In this document: piece after piece, positions 1 to 12,814 of the stretch
Layout: each line of letters opens with the position of its first letter
Numbering within the stretch: position 1 is the stretch's first letter
NCBI RefSeq assembly: GCF_006345805.1
Contig: NC_043010.1
Coordinates: forward strand, 4,154,001 to 4,218,000
DNA: 64,000 bases
Source of the DNA: Octopus sinensis
Taxonomy: Eukaryota
Direction of reading: 5' to 3'
Notes under the pieces: generated by a model
What the model was told of the DNA's origin: nothing
What the model saw: only the letters and a program-made list of their open reading frames with translations
Databases searched by the model: none
Program-made: the position numbers and the translations under genes

Positions 1-99
1 CTATATGCCTTATTTGAAACCATTATTATTATTCTCTTTTCTACTTCAAAATTATTTTTCATATATCTTAAACTATAAAATATATTTTAGTTGCAATGA

Positions 100-1430
100 T
101 TCACCATGATATAAATCAGCCGGGAACAAAATCAAGATCTCTACACTGTATTCATTGATCTGATCAAAGCTTTCGATTCTATTAACAGATAAGACCTCTG
201 GAAAATTATATAGAAATTTGGTTGCCTATAAAAATTCATTAACATGATGCATGTAGGCATTAACCTGATCATGTAGGCATGCAAGCTTGTGTCTTGAATG
301 ATGGAGAATTCTTGGCACCCTTCTCTGATACTAGTGGTGTGAAGCAGGGCTGTGTTCTAGTACCCTTCCTCTTCAGTTTCCTGTTTAGCGCAGTGCTTTA
401 CAATGCATTCTCCCATGAAACACCTGGCAATCAGATTAGATAAAGTAGCTTCTTTGTTGCTGATGATTATACTCTGAATGCAAACTCCGAAGCAGATCTT
501 AAGCATATTTTAGATGACTTTGCTTGCATCAACTTGTGATGATTTTGGATTTACAATCAGTCTCAAAAAAACTGAAGTTATGTACCAGCCTGCTCCTGGG
601 AAAAAAAAACCTTACATTGAATCACTCCTGAGAGCCAACAATCAACCTCTGCAAGCTGGAGAGAGATTAACCTACCCCTGGAGTATACTGTCAGGGAGTG
701 TTCACATTGATGAAATCAGCTTCTTTTTGGATGTCTTCATCACAAAGTTTGGAAAAGACCTGGTCTGACTATAAAAGCGAAACTCCACAAATACAAAACT
801 ATCATGATGACTACACTACTTCATGGTTGTGAAACCTAAACATTTTACTAAAGATATGCAAAAAAAAGCAAAAAAACTTCCTCACTTCCACTTAACATTC
901 CTCCAAAAAATTATTAACATCAGGTGGCAGGATAAAGTTGCCAACACTGTGCTCAGGAGAGCTAATATATCAAGCATGTATGCTTTCTTGAGAAAATTCT
1001 AGCTGTAGTGGAGGGGAAATGTAGTGGGTGCCATCTCCAGATTCCCCAAACAGATCTTCTTTGGTGACCTAGCAGCTGGTTTTCAGTCACATGGGGGACC
1101 AAAGAAGAGATACAAAGATATGCTGAAGACATGAAAGTGTGTAACTTAGAGCAGTTTACTTGGGAGTATCTTGCTCAGGAGTGCTGGAGTACAAAACTCT
1201 GAATTTAATAAGACTAGGGAAGCTACACAGAGAAGAGGGCTACATGGAAAGCAAGGGTCCCGTTAGGTCCTGACTCTGCTATTATGTACCTCCACTGTAA
1301 CTGTGGATTCCATGCCAAATTGGCGTAACAAGCCACCTTAGAGTGGTTCCATAGTGACTTTATACTCCATAGAGTGTAAAGCTGATAACCAGGTCATCTT
1401 CAAATACATGAAAGACAAACCTAATAATAA
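100..1430 (+). mobile_element. Decayed, 5'-truncated RTE (BovB-like) LINE: reverse transcriptase plus C-terminus
   Basis: Broken frames give LYTVFIDLIKAFDS (~139-180), GVKQGCVLVPFLF (~336-374), a FVADD catalytic-like motif (~453-467) and FGFTISLKKTEVMYQPAPG (ORF 514-768). Multiple stops and frameshifts; ends in a short (TAA) tail. Confidence 0.85.
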
Positions 1431-1433
1431 ATC

Positions 1434-1621
1434 TGCAGGTATGGTTGTGTAGTAGGAAGTTCACTTCCCACCGACATGGCTCCAGGTTTAGTCCTTCTGC
1501 GTGACACCTTGGGCAAGCGTTTTTACTATAGCCCCAGGGCAACCATAGCCTAGTAAGTGGATTTGCAAGACTGAAACTGAAAGCAGTTTGTCGTGTGTGT
1601 GTGTGTGGTGTGTGTGTGTGT

Positions 1622-1664
<43 letters not shown>

Positions 1665-1865
1665 TGTGTGTTTGAGCCCCACATTTGCTCAACAACCTGT
1701 GTTTATGTTCCCGTAAACTCGCAGTTCGACAAAAGAGACCGGTAGAATAAGCAGGAGGCTTTAAAAAATAATGATTCTAGGTTCGATTCGCTTGCTTAAA
1801 ATTCTCGAAGACGGTGCCCCAGCATGGTCGCAGTCTACTGACTGAAACATGCAAAAGGTAAAATA
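1434..1865 (+). mobile_element. tRNA-derived SINE family A (CORE-like, internal TG/TA microsatellite), diverged copy
   Basis: Matches the copies at 19914, 30558 and 34103: A/B-box-like head, CCTTGGGCAAG core-like motif, internal (TG)n, CCAGCATGG...GAAAC 3' end. Confidence 0.8.
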
Positions 1866-2275
1866 GTTAACTATTAAACCTGTACTAGTTGCCTCCCTTA
1901 CTTACATTACCGCTGCACTTTTGCTTTATTTCCTGTTATTTGTTTCCAATGGTCTCTTGACAGTTGCTTTGTATTTTTCTTCATGTAACTCAGGTACGTC
2001 TTCCATAGAGATAATGATAGTTAAACTTATGTCGATACATCGAATCCAGGTAGCATTAATAAAGAATTATTTATATCTGACTTATTTAATCTCTAAATAG
2101 TTAAATAATTTTTTCTGACCAGTGTCCAATCTAATCCATTTTCTTTGTCATTTCTTTCACATCTACTTTGATAAATGCAATGAAATCTAAAAATGAGATT
2201 ATAATAAAACAAAAACCAAAGTATGTCTGTAGTTGACAAAAAACTTGCTACAAAAATGACCCGCAGAAGAGAAAT

Positions 2276-2554
2276 CAGGTCAACCCCCGACACCGAGAGC
2301 GTCGACGGATGGATGAATGCACATCCAGGCTCAGCAGTTGCATAGGAAGTCGGGGACAAGAAACAAGAAGAAAGAGTGAGAGAAAGTTGGGGCGAAAGAG
2401 TACAACAGGGGTCGACACCACCCCCTGCTGGAGCCTTGTGGAGCTTTTGGTGTTTTCGCTCAATAAACACACACAATGCCCGGACCACGAATCGAAACTG
2501 TGTTCTTACAACCGTGAGTCAACTGCCCTAACCATTGGGCCATTGCGCCTCCAC
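2276..2554 (-). mobile_element. tRNA-derived SINE family C
   Basis: Minus strand starts GTGGAGGCGCAATGGCCCAATGGTTAGGGCAG (A-box) and carries GTTTCGATTC (B-box); the body matches 43152-43418. Confidence 0.75.
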
Positions 2555-3280
2555 TGTATATGGTGCTCTACAGCTCATCAGAAAAAGTAACCAAAACTGC
2601 ATGAACAGTACATAGAATATGCACAGGAAGTGAACTGAGAAGAAGTCTACAAAAAAAAAACATAAAGAACAACTCCTCACTCTTTCTCAAACCGATCGTT
2701 GTTATGAAGATATGAATAGGATGTATGAAGCGCATGAAGGAGAGAGAAAAATGAGTTTAGAAGGGAATCTGTCTGTATTCTACAGATAATTGTCAAATCT
2801 CTTGCTAATCATACATTAAATAATTGTTAACCAAGATATGCAAAAAGTTGGATGGTCACAACTGGAATGTTTCTTTCTTCATAGCTTTGCTTCATCAGTG
2901 ATTATCTGAAGCTAGACATCAGAGAGGAATGGTGGATCTAATGTGACAAAACAACAGTAAAGTTTAGAAAAAAATAAATACAAAGGATATATCAAAACAG
3001 AAGTGTATCCTTACTAATGAGAGAAGAGAAATAAAAGAGAATAAATTCCCTCTATGGTCACTAACCCGCAAGATTTAACAGGGAGTGTATTTATTAATCC
3101 TTGTCAAAGCTTACCTCGACTCAAAAGGTCCAGGGATAAATGAGAAATGGAAAGTTAGATTTTAGCTCATCAAAATTAATGTCGAACAAAATAAAATAAT
3201 TAAGCAAGGGATTAGCATTAACATAATGAAGCACTCGGCTACATCATTTCTGACTGCTCAGCCCTTGCACATATAGAATA

Positions 3281-3667
3281 CTAGCAGTATCGCCCGGCGT
3301 TGCTCAGGTTTGTTTTGACCCTTTAGAATTGGAATTTTTGAAAAGTAAAAATTTTGCATTATGTAGATTTAAGTGAACATTTTTCTGGTTGAAATACACC
3401 GAAAAGTGGCGACACAGCAGTCAAAAAATCGTAATAAATAGGGATTTTCATAGAAGAAAAGCTCCTTTTTGATGTAAATAATTTTTGGTGTTAACACGGT
3501 TCGATTTGAATTTTTTCTTCTACGGAATGAAGAGCAAGCCTTCTTCTAACATACTCTCAATTTTGGCCAACTTGCACCTCAGGGTCTCGGAGAAGATTGT
3601 GTTAGTTGAAGGCTACCAAACCTGCCACACCCACACAGAGACAACTTCAGCTTTATATATAAGGAGA
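3281..3667 (-). mobile_element. Non-autonomous Helitron
   Basis: Minus strand reads A|TC-TCCTTATATATAAAG ... subterminal GC hairpin CCTGAGCAACGCCGGG ... CTAG|T. Same termini as 51600-51897. Confidence 0.7.
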
Positions 3668-4195
3668 TATTTACAGAAATTACAATGTTAGTAAGAGACG
3701 TGCATTGACCAACAATGCAAACAGTCCCATATAAATATATAAATGAGCGATATTAGATGTAAGGGAGAAAACTCAGTATGTATGAACTATTGCTTCGTTG
3801 TTAAGGTAGGAAATTTCTTTTGCAACGTGCTTATACATAAATCGATTTCTTTCTACTAGACACAAGAAAAAGTATTTTTCTAAGAGTAGAGCTATTGTTA
3901 TGAGAAACAATATCGATTTTTAATTCTGACAGAAGACCATACACATTTCAGGGTTATGGAATATAGTTTTGTATTGACGCAGTATATGACTGGTACTTAT
4001 TTTATCGTCTTACCTCCTTAAAGATGTAGGCCTAAATTGACGTCTGATAGGAACGAACTCAGAACAATAGCATCTAAACACCACGAAGAGTTTTTGTCTA
4101 CCTCATAGCTGGTTCTACCTTTTCATACCCTTATAAAATTCATTATTTACATTATTTACATTTGACGGATATTTGTCCTAATCTTGTTTGTTGTT

Positions 4196-4241
4196 AACAC
4201 AACGTTTCGGCTGATATACCCTCCAGCCTTCATCAGGTGTC
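4196..4241 (-). ncRNA. Minimal type-I hammerhead ribozyme motif, intact core
   Basis: gacac-CUGAUGA-a-ggcug(gaggguauau)cagcc-GAAA-C-GU-U-guguu: stem I, 5-bp stem II, palindromic ACGU stem III. Confidence 0.8.
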
Positions 4242-4338
4242 CTGGGGGAAATTTGGAACATGGGTTCTCATTCCTAAGGTATTTTACGATGTTATTATTA
4301 TTGTTGTTGTTCTTGTTCTTATCGATTCCAGGCAGCGA

Positions 4339-4392
<54 letters not shown>

Positions 4393-4459
4393 GGATAATA
4401 ATAATAATAACATCGAAAAATACCTTAGGAATGAGAACCCAGGTTCGAAATTTCCCCTA

Positions 4460-4505
4460 GATACCTGATGAAGGCCGGCGGGTATATCAGCTGAAACGTG
4501 GTGTT
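4460..4505 (+). ncRNA. Minimal hammerhead motif, mutated copy (GUG at the cleavage site)
   Basis: gauac-CUGAUGA-a-ggccg...cagcu-GAAA-C-GU-G-guguu. Confidence 0.65.
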
Positions 4506-4811
4506 AACAACAAACAAGATGAGGACAAATATCCGTGAAATGTAAATAATGTAAATAATTCCTCATAAATATAGAACTGTATTATCTCATAAAGTTTTAT
4601 AAAAGTCACGGCACTCTAATTAAACGAAGGGCAGGCAACTATGCTGTGATTAAACAAAGAATGCTACAACTTCATATTGACTTAAAATTTGAGAAGGAAT
4701 TCCTTGGCAATACAGAGACATAAGCGGTGATGACATTAAAGATTTGGAAAGAAATGTGTGTTTGAATCTTCTTCGTGTGTATCTGTGTTTAGTTTAAAGA
4801 GATACATCATA

Positions 4812-5010
4812 TCTTTTTCTTGTGTCAATCATTGGACTGTGAACACTTAGTAGCTGTCCCTTGAACTGGTTAGTCAAACAAAGCAAGCCCAATATTTACC
4901 TTTTTCAAGTTTAGTACTTACTTTATCAGTCTCTTTTACCAAGCCACTAAGTTACAGGGACATAAGCAAACTAACACTGGTTGTCAGGTGGTAGTGGTGG
5001 AGGGACAACC
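4812..5010 (-). mobile_element. SINE family A, 3' half (5' half at 6855-7005)
   Basis: Reverse complement of the family A 3' segment; stops at (TA)n. Confidence 0.65.
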
Positions 5011-5014
5011 CCTC

Positions 5015-5059
<45 letters not shown>

Positions 5060-5082
5060 TCATATGTATATACATACATAAA

Positions 5083-6467
5083 TAGGGAGAGTTTATGAAA
5101 AAAACAAAAGACGAAGACAGGTGGTGTAGAAAACAAACAGATGTATAAGTATAATGCTCAGGAATTGAAAAAGTCTTTTATGTTTCGAGCCTATGCTCTT
5201 CTACAGAAAGGGACACAGAAAGAAACAAGGAGAGAAAAAAAAAAATGTATGTAGTGGCTACCGATCTATCATGGCAGCTGCTGGACAGAAGGGTCACACA
5301 GGAGAGCAAAGAAGTAGGGGAGATAACAAAGTAAAGGTGATCCCCAAAACGAGGGTGTGTGTGTGTGTAAGAAAATACATATGTGCGTATGAAATAGGGC
5401 TGGTGGTCTTGACGTGTGCGTGTATGTATGTGTAGGTGTGAAAATGTGGGGATGGAAATTGGTCAGGGGTGGTGTGTTGTGATGTGATGTGTAGTGTGGT
5501 GTGATGTTGTTGGGAGGAGGGGGAGGCGAGAGTGGAGAAAGCATGGGGGTGTGTGGGTTAGGCTGATGGTTGGGGTATGTGGGTAGGCAGAGCATGGGGG
5601 TAGAGGTGGGGTTTGTGGGTAGGCAGTGGGTGGGGTATGTGGGAGAGGGTGTAAGGGATGGGATGGGGTGGAATGTGAAAGATAGGGAAGGTGGAGTAGG
5701 AATGTGTAGGGGTGGGGTGGGCTTATGGGGGAGTGTTGACGATGAAGGGGGAAGGGGAAGGTGGGTATGAGAGAAGAGAGAAAGGGAGTAGGGGTGAAGA
5801 GAAGTAGGAGTAGTAGGAGTGAAGAGAAGTAGGAGTCAGAGCAAGAGAGGAGAGGTGGGTGGGAGGAAGTAGGAGGGAGGGGGAGAGAGGCAAGAGGAGG
5901 AGGTTAGATGAAGAGGGAAGGAGAGTTGAGCCCATATGGCATAAAAGAGCAAAGAGAGAAGATTAATCCCAGTTCACAGCGCAAACTGGAGTCCAGATGG
6001 CCTCTGTGCAAGGACAATCCGAACATGGACAGGTGTTGCAAAGAGTGACCGGTAGAGCGGAAATGGCGTGAGACCGGGGTGTCATTGCCGAGGCAGATGT
6101 CCCGGAAGTGTTCCGTGAACCGGTCAGCCAAGTGGCGTCTTGTTTGTCCAATGTACAGAGAATGGCAGAGAGAGCAGGAGATGCAATAGATGATATTGGT
6201 ACAAGTGCAGGTGAAGGAGTCAGTGATGTGATAGTGTCGATGATGGGTGCCGGTGAGGTGGGCGGTGTTGGAGAGGTAAGGGCAAGTGCAGCAGCATGGG
6301 CGGGAGCAGGGGAACAAGCCAGGTTGGGAGGTAGAGTTGGGGAAGAAGCTGTGGACCAAGAGGTCTCGTAGGTTGTGGGCTCATTTGAAGGAGGGGAGGG
6401 GTTGGTTAGGGAAGATGTGTGAAGTGGATGGGTCAGACTGGAGATGCCAGAAAGTTCGGACCAAAGC
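5083..6467 (-). mobile_element. Penelope-like retroelement 3' fragment: GIY-YIG endonuclease plus hammerhead-bearing terminal repeat
   Basis: ORF 5904-6359: C..C..CPY, FTCTCTNIIYCISCSLCHSLYIGQTRRHLADRFTEH, PVSRHF, PYGLN. This is the typical PLE GIY-YIG domain. It is followed by a pyrimidine-rich 3' region and a terminal segment that recurs at 31579-31772. Confidence 0.85.
5175..5210 (-). ncRNA. Minimal hammerhead-like motif with variant core CUGUAGA
   Basis: cuuu-CUGUAGA-a-gagc(auag)gcuc-GAAA-C-AU-A-aaag; the G of GUA appears lost by CpG decay. Confidence 0.6.
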
Positions 6468-6653
6468 CTTGACAACCAGTGATGGTGTGTTTTTGTTCCT
6501 GTAACTTTTCTGTTCGACAAAAGAGACTGATAGAATAAATACTAGGCTTAAGAAATAAGTCTGGGGGTCAATTTGTTTGATTAAAACCCTTCAAGGTGGT
6601 ACTCCAGCATGGCTGCAATCAAATGAATGAAACTAGTAAAAGAATAAAAGAAT
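6468..6653 (+). mobile_element. SINE family A, 3' part
   Basis: CTTGACAACC...AAAAGAGACTGATAGAATAA...CTCCAGCATGG...AAAAGAATAAAAG. Confidence 0.7.
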
Positions 6654-6726
6654 GTCTTGTGAATGAATTTAGAAGAGAGAATGTGTGGAAGCCTGTTTTA
6701 CACATGTGGTCATGGGGATCACAGTG

Positions 6727-6760
<34 letters not shown>

Positions 6761-6854
6761 ATATATATGCATACATACATACATACATATAGACACACAT
6801 ACACACATACATACATACACACAGACAGACAGATAGATAGATAGATATGTATAT

Positions 6855-7005
6855 GAAAAGCTTCTACAAAATTTCCATCTATCAAATTTACTCACAAAAC
6901 AACTGATTAGCACAGGCTTATTGGAGAAGACACTTGTTCTAGGTACCATGCAGGGAAACTGAACTCGAAACCACATGTTGGTAAGCAAGTTTCTTAACCA
7001 CACTG
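6855..7005 (-). mobile_element. SINE family A, 5' half, diverged
   Basis: Reverse complement of the family A head and core. Confidence 0.6.
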
Positions 7006-9119
7006 CTAATTACAGAATAAGAGAAGACAATTAAATCTTCCTGACGACCATGCTTGTATCAGAGAAGACCATAAATAAGTCTGGTCTGCTCTGTCGCTCA
7101 AATTCTTTATTTAGTCACTTTGTATTGCATTTTTATGAACAACAAAGGGTAGTTGATTACAGGTTGTCAGTCAGGATATAGGAAGTTGGCAGGCAATTAT
7201 GGTTCACTGCATTTGATATTTTACAAAAATGATGAGGGAGAGTCTGTGCAAATCGGGTGGAAGAAATAATCCACGTGGGATTTTTACTTGGAAACAGTTT
7301 TTTAACAGTTTTCTTGCCAATATTTACAGCTTTTGCTGAGATACTTTTGTGAAAAACTCTCTCACACACACACACACTGTAAATTATCAAAGTTGTTAAA
7401 GCACTGGATATGGTATGTTGTCATATTTGGATAGAGTATCTTGTTGTGTGTGCTCAAAGTTCCAATCTCATCAAGGTCAGTTGTGTCTTTTATCCTTTTG
7501 TGGGGTCAATAAATAAAGTGCTGGTCAAATACTTAGGCCTTTTCTTTCTTTCTTTCGTTCTTTCTTTCTTTCTTTCTTATCTCCTTCACTCTCTCTCACA
7601 CACACACACACAGAGCCATAACTTGAGTGTGTCCTGCCTCAGGCAACCCTTATGTTTATTCAATATCATTTGTTACACGTACTGGTGGTTTTATTCCCTG
7701 GTAGGGTGTTATCCTTCAAATAAACAAACAGCTTGTTGAAATGAATAGAAATATCAAAACTTATCTCAACTACATTGACGCTGATTGAGCAGATTTGTAA
7801 TGCAAAAATATTTTAGCCACGACCATTCTCTCCTCTTTCCTGTATAACATTGATTACACTATCCAAAGTATTTCCTTCTTTAAGAGGATGGGATATAAAC
7901 TGAGAGGCATTTAGCTGTTATTCCTAGCAGAGGTGTTCCAGCATTGGCACATGTCAAAGCATTTAAATATTGTTTATAAACAAGTTATTGGTTTTAGTTT
8001 GGAGTGTGAATAGTGTTTTGGGAGGAATTATTGATGTGTCTCTGTTCTCAAAAGTATGGGCCATGTGCCGAACTTAGAAACAATAAAGGCAGCAAACTGG
8101 TAAGAATATAAGAATGCCAGACCAAATGTTTTGGAGTATTTCTTCTTCTTCCCTTTTACTTTCTTAGTTCAAATTCCACAGAGGTCAACTTTGCCTTTAA
8201 TCCTTTTGGAGCTGATAAAATCAATATCAATCAAAGTAACTGACTATACCTCAACCCCTAAAATTAGTGGACTTGGGTCAAAATTGGAAAGAATTGTTAT
8301 CCTTCAGATGATAAGTAACAGTTAAGTATTAGACTTAGTATAACCAATTGTTTCTGTCTCCCAAGTGTCTGACTTTGTGCCTTGGTAGAATCATTTGAGT
8401 GTTGGACAAAATACTTTGCAGTGTTTGTTGTAACTCTTTATGTTGAAAGCTCAGATCTTGCTGAGGTGTACAAACACGGTAGTAACTAAGTCAGAGTCTT
8501 AGAGTCATAAGCTGAATGCAAACCAGTGCTACAATGCTTCCCAATAGTCAAACAGAAACCAATATGTTATGTTAGGGTAGTGAAAATAAAAGACAACAAT
8601 ACTTCACTGATTAACAAATACAACAGAATCTACTCAATATTTCAACAGATGATATTATCCAACGGTTATTGTAGATCAATTATACTTAGGATATTGCCAA
8701 CTAATCTGCTAGATATTATTGGTTGGTAAACACACCAGCATTGGTTGTCAAGTGATGTTGGGGGGACAAACACAGACACACAAACATATACACACACATA
8801 CATATATATATAGCATACAAGGGAGATCATCATTTCTTTGTAGTATTTGGTGGGATTAGAAGTTTGAATTCGAAATTAAGGAATAAAGAAAAAAAGTTGC
8901 TTAGAAAATGCATTTATTTCTTTTTATGCTTATTCATTTTGAAGTTCTTAAAATTTCTAAAGAGTGATACTCATGCATAACACTATTTCATTCTGTTTTA
9001 GAAATCATCAGTATGACATAATATGAGGTATATTAACACAGCTGTAAATATGCTGCTGATGGCTAAACTTCAGAGATGGCAAATATTACACATTTGGCTT
9101 AAATGGTGATCATCTAGTG

Positions 9120-9435
9120 TTCTTACACTCGCCTCCTTATGAGAGCTCAAAATCTCTCGTGGAAGCATCATCCATCCAAAGTACAAATATATGGGAAACT
9201 ACCACCTGTATCATCTCTGGTTAAAGGTAGAGGAGTCCGAGGTAATTTCTACTCTTCTCCTCTGGAAGCCATCTACTTGCGATACCAGAGGGCGCATACT
9301 CTCCTACCCTGATGTAATCTCCAGGGTTACAGGCATCCAGCATCGGGACCTCCGTAATGCTATGATGGACCGTGAAGTCTGGTGTAACATAGTAAATTCC
9401 ATTGTCTCGACCATGGTCGAACACTGATGATGATG
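9120..9435 (+). mobile_element. RTE-clade LINE 3' end with (TGA)n tail
   Basis: LLLWKPST..RG..LSYPDVISR..G....DLRNAMMDREVW; an inverted copy lies at 36663-36975. Confidence 0.75.
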
Positions 9436-9811
9436 AGTGTACTTAAATCTGAGGAAACCATACAAAAAAAACAAACACCTGCAACAAATATTCTTTAAAC
9501 GTTTGCCCCAGTTTCCATTTCGATGAAGAATATTTGTAGTTGTTTGAACCTTGTTTTAGCAGTAGAAGAAAATTGAATTATCACCAATGGAACCATTGAT
9601 ACAATTCTGTACACTATGTGTTGCAAGGTACTTGACTATAATCATTAAACACTTATGATTGGGAGATAGGAGCACTCACTGTAGGATTAGCCAAGGGTAC
9701 TGAATACCCTGGTATTGTCCCTGTTCAGACATGATGTAAAAAGGATATTTTCAGAAGCAATTGACCATTTTATATTAATTTTTTCAATTAATTTTTTTCT
9801 TTTGTATATTT

Positions 9812-10237
9812 AGGCGCAGGTGTGGCTGTGTGGTAAGAATCTTGCTTTCCAACCACATGGTTCTGGATTCAGTCCCACTGCATGGCACCTTGGACAAGTG
9901 TCTTCTACTATACCCTTGGACTGATCAAAGCCTTGCGAGTGGGTTTGGTAGATAGAAACCAGAAACTGAAAGAAGCCTGTCATATGTGTGTGTGTGTGTG
10001 TGTGTGTGTGCCTGTGTAAGTGTCTTTGTCTCTGTGTTTGTCCTCCACACCCACTTGACAGCTGGTGTTGGTGTGTTTACACCCCTTATCTCAGCATTTC
10101 AGCAAAAGAATAAGTACTAGGCTTAAAAAAGAAAAAAAGTCCTGATATCAATTTGTTTGACTAAACCCCTTCAAGGTGTTGCACTAGTATGGCCACACTC
10201 AAATGACTGAAACAAATAAAAGATTAAAGATAAAGAT
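9812..10237 (+). mobile_element. SINE family A
   Basis: AGGCGCAGGTGTGGCTGTGTGGTAAG head, internal (TG)n, typical 3' end. Confidence 0.85.
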
Positions 10238-11006
10238 AGGATGGTCAATTATTACTGAAAATATTCTTTTTGATCATCAGTGATGTTTTGCCTTGGAAAA
10301 TGTATATTTGCAGAAAGAAATGTTCTTCAAAATCATTGCATGTTTTTATATATATATATATGATATATGTATGGAGGGATAGATTGGTGGGTGTATCTAT
10401 GTAATATCTATGTACGTTTGTATACTTGTATACATTTACAGACTTACACAATGGACTTCAACACAATTTCTGCAACTAAATTTTCACTTGTAAAAGTTAA
10501 TTAAGCAATTTTTCCTCTTGTAGAAAGCTTTTTAGTCAAGGTTCTCCTACCATGGTTGAACTTGCAACCATGCAGTTATAAACTACTTAGACATACTGTT
10601 TTATCACCAACCGCATATCATTCTGCTTTCTGTTTCTTCCTAAAAGCTTATGGTAACCAATAGATACATTAACCTTTAAAAATATTCATTTTATAGAAAT
10701 CTGTTTAGATCAGAACACAATAACATCATAGGTTGTTTCCTGGGTTGTGGATGTTTAAGTAATTCCAACAGTTACTAAATGAATTAGAAGTAATTACATC
10801 ATTCTGTGTATTACAGAATAACTCTAAGATTATAAACAGTATTGTTCCACTGATTTAAATGATAGATAAATTCTTAAAATACATTTTATACCTCAATTAA
10901 ATCTCAGTACGAAACACTTAATGAAATGATAATGATAATGTTTAATTAATTTCCTGTGAAGGTCATCTTAAAACTATAATTTTCTTTTTTGAAATTTATT
11001 TCTTAG

Positions 11007-11048
11007 ATGTTGTTGTTGCAGTTGTTGTTGTTGTTATTATTATTATTA

Positions 11049-11093
<45 letters not shown>

Positions 11094-11184
11094 TATATTA
11101 TCATTATTATTATTATTATCATCATCATCATCATCATTGTTATTATTATTATCATTATTATTATTGTTATTATTATTATTGTTG

Positions 11185-11216
<32 letters not shown>

Positions 11217-11286
11217 GTTATTATTATTATTGTTGTTATTATTATTATTATTATTATTATCATTATTATTATTATTATTATTATTG

Positions 11287-11320
<34 letters not shown>

Positions 11321-11394
11321 CATTATTATTGTTATTATTATTATTGTTGTTATTATTATTATTATTATTATTATCATTGTTATTATTATTATTA

Positions 11395-11425
<31 letters not shown>

Positions 11426-11442
11426 CATCATCATCATCATCA

Positions 11443-11498
<56 letters not shown>

Positions 11499-11527
11499 AT
11501 CATCATCATCATCATCATCATCATCAT
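11007..11527. repeat. Compound (TTG/TTA/TCA)n trinucleotide microsatellite
   Basis: Directly visible. Confidence 0.95.
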
Positions 11528-11936
11528 CGAACACACATACAGGTTCTCCGTATGTTTTCAGTATAAATATATGATGTATAAAAAGCAATAATAACTCTTA
11601 AATTAAATCATATTTTAAAATGGTTTCTTCTCATCCATCAAAAACTGTATATTTTGAATGTTTTTCATTAAAAGAATTTATTGATAGTGATGGGTAAGAA
11701 TTCAGTTGTTAAGACAATAGATCATAAGAGAACTGGATTTGAGTTCTTTAAAAACATTACCAGAACAAATCTGTCAAAAGTTATTACTTTTAATATCAGA
11801 GTAATACAGAATAGGTTTTTGAAATGGAAATTTAACTTCAACATCAGAAATGGAATTAAAACTAACATTTGCTTGGAATGGAAAATAATCCTATGCTCTC
11901 TCTCTCCCTCCCTCCCTCTCTCTCCTTCCTCCCTCC

Positions 11937-11988
<52 letters not shown>

Positions 11989-12230
11989 TACATACACACC
12001 TGCACACATGTATGTATATGTATGGATATGTGTCTGTGTATGTATGTGTATATATATATATATATATATATACATACACATACACACATATATATATATA
12101 TATATACATATATATATACATATATATACATACATACATATATATATATATGTTTATATATATGTATATATATATATATATTTATATATATGTATATATA
12201 TATCATTATATATTTATAGTTATCTATTTG

Positions 12231-12261
<31 letters not shown>

Positions 12262-12429
12262 AAATATAAAATGGGACAAGAATGCAAAACATCCGGACAA
12301 CTAGGAGATACAGTTCACTCTCCCCACCACATACACACATGCGATGGACCATAGCAATAAAACAAATATTTTTTCTATTCTTTCTGTAATTATTATATTT
12401 CTTTTATATTTCTTTTTATTTCTACTAAT

Positions 12430-12590
12430 ATTGGTTTCAAATTTTGGCAAAAGCCCAGCAGTTTTGGAGCAGGGGAAAAGTCAATTACGTTGACTCCAGG
12501 GCTCAACTGGTACTTATCTTATCGACCCTGAAAAGATCGAAGGCCAAGTTGACCTTGGTGGAATTTGAACTCAGAATGTAAAGACAGTAA
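12430..12590 (-). mobile_element. SINE family B, partial
   Basis: Reverse complement of 33604-33812-type sequence. Confidence 0.65.
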
Positions 12591-12670
12591 TGATCCTGTC
12601 AGTTAGCCACCTTTTTTTATTCTAATATTACTTAAACACATGCACACATACATATATACATATACACATA

Positions 12671-12704
<34 letters not shown>

Positions 12705-12781
12705 GCATGTATGTGTATATGTATGCGCATGCATATACATGTATGAATAAATTTATGGATGTGCATTAGCATGCATGTATG

Positions 12782-12814
<33 letters not shown>

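Larger units (their letters stand above)
4142..4560. mobile_element. Palindromic element: ~160-bp inverted arms, each with a minimal hammerhead, around an (AAT)n spacer
   Basis: 4142-4300 is the reverse complement of ~4392-4560 with scattered substitutions. Confidence 0.85.

Noticed and set aside
11007-11591. Poly-I/L/N ORFs here, and the many YI/CV/HT/poly-P ORFs across the window
   Set aside because: They are translations of stop-free microsatellites with no coding signal.
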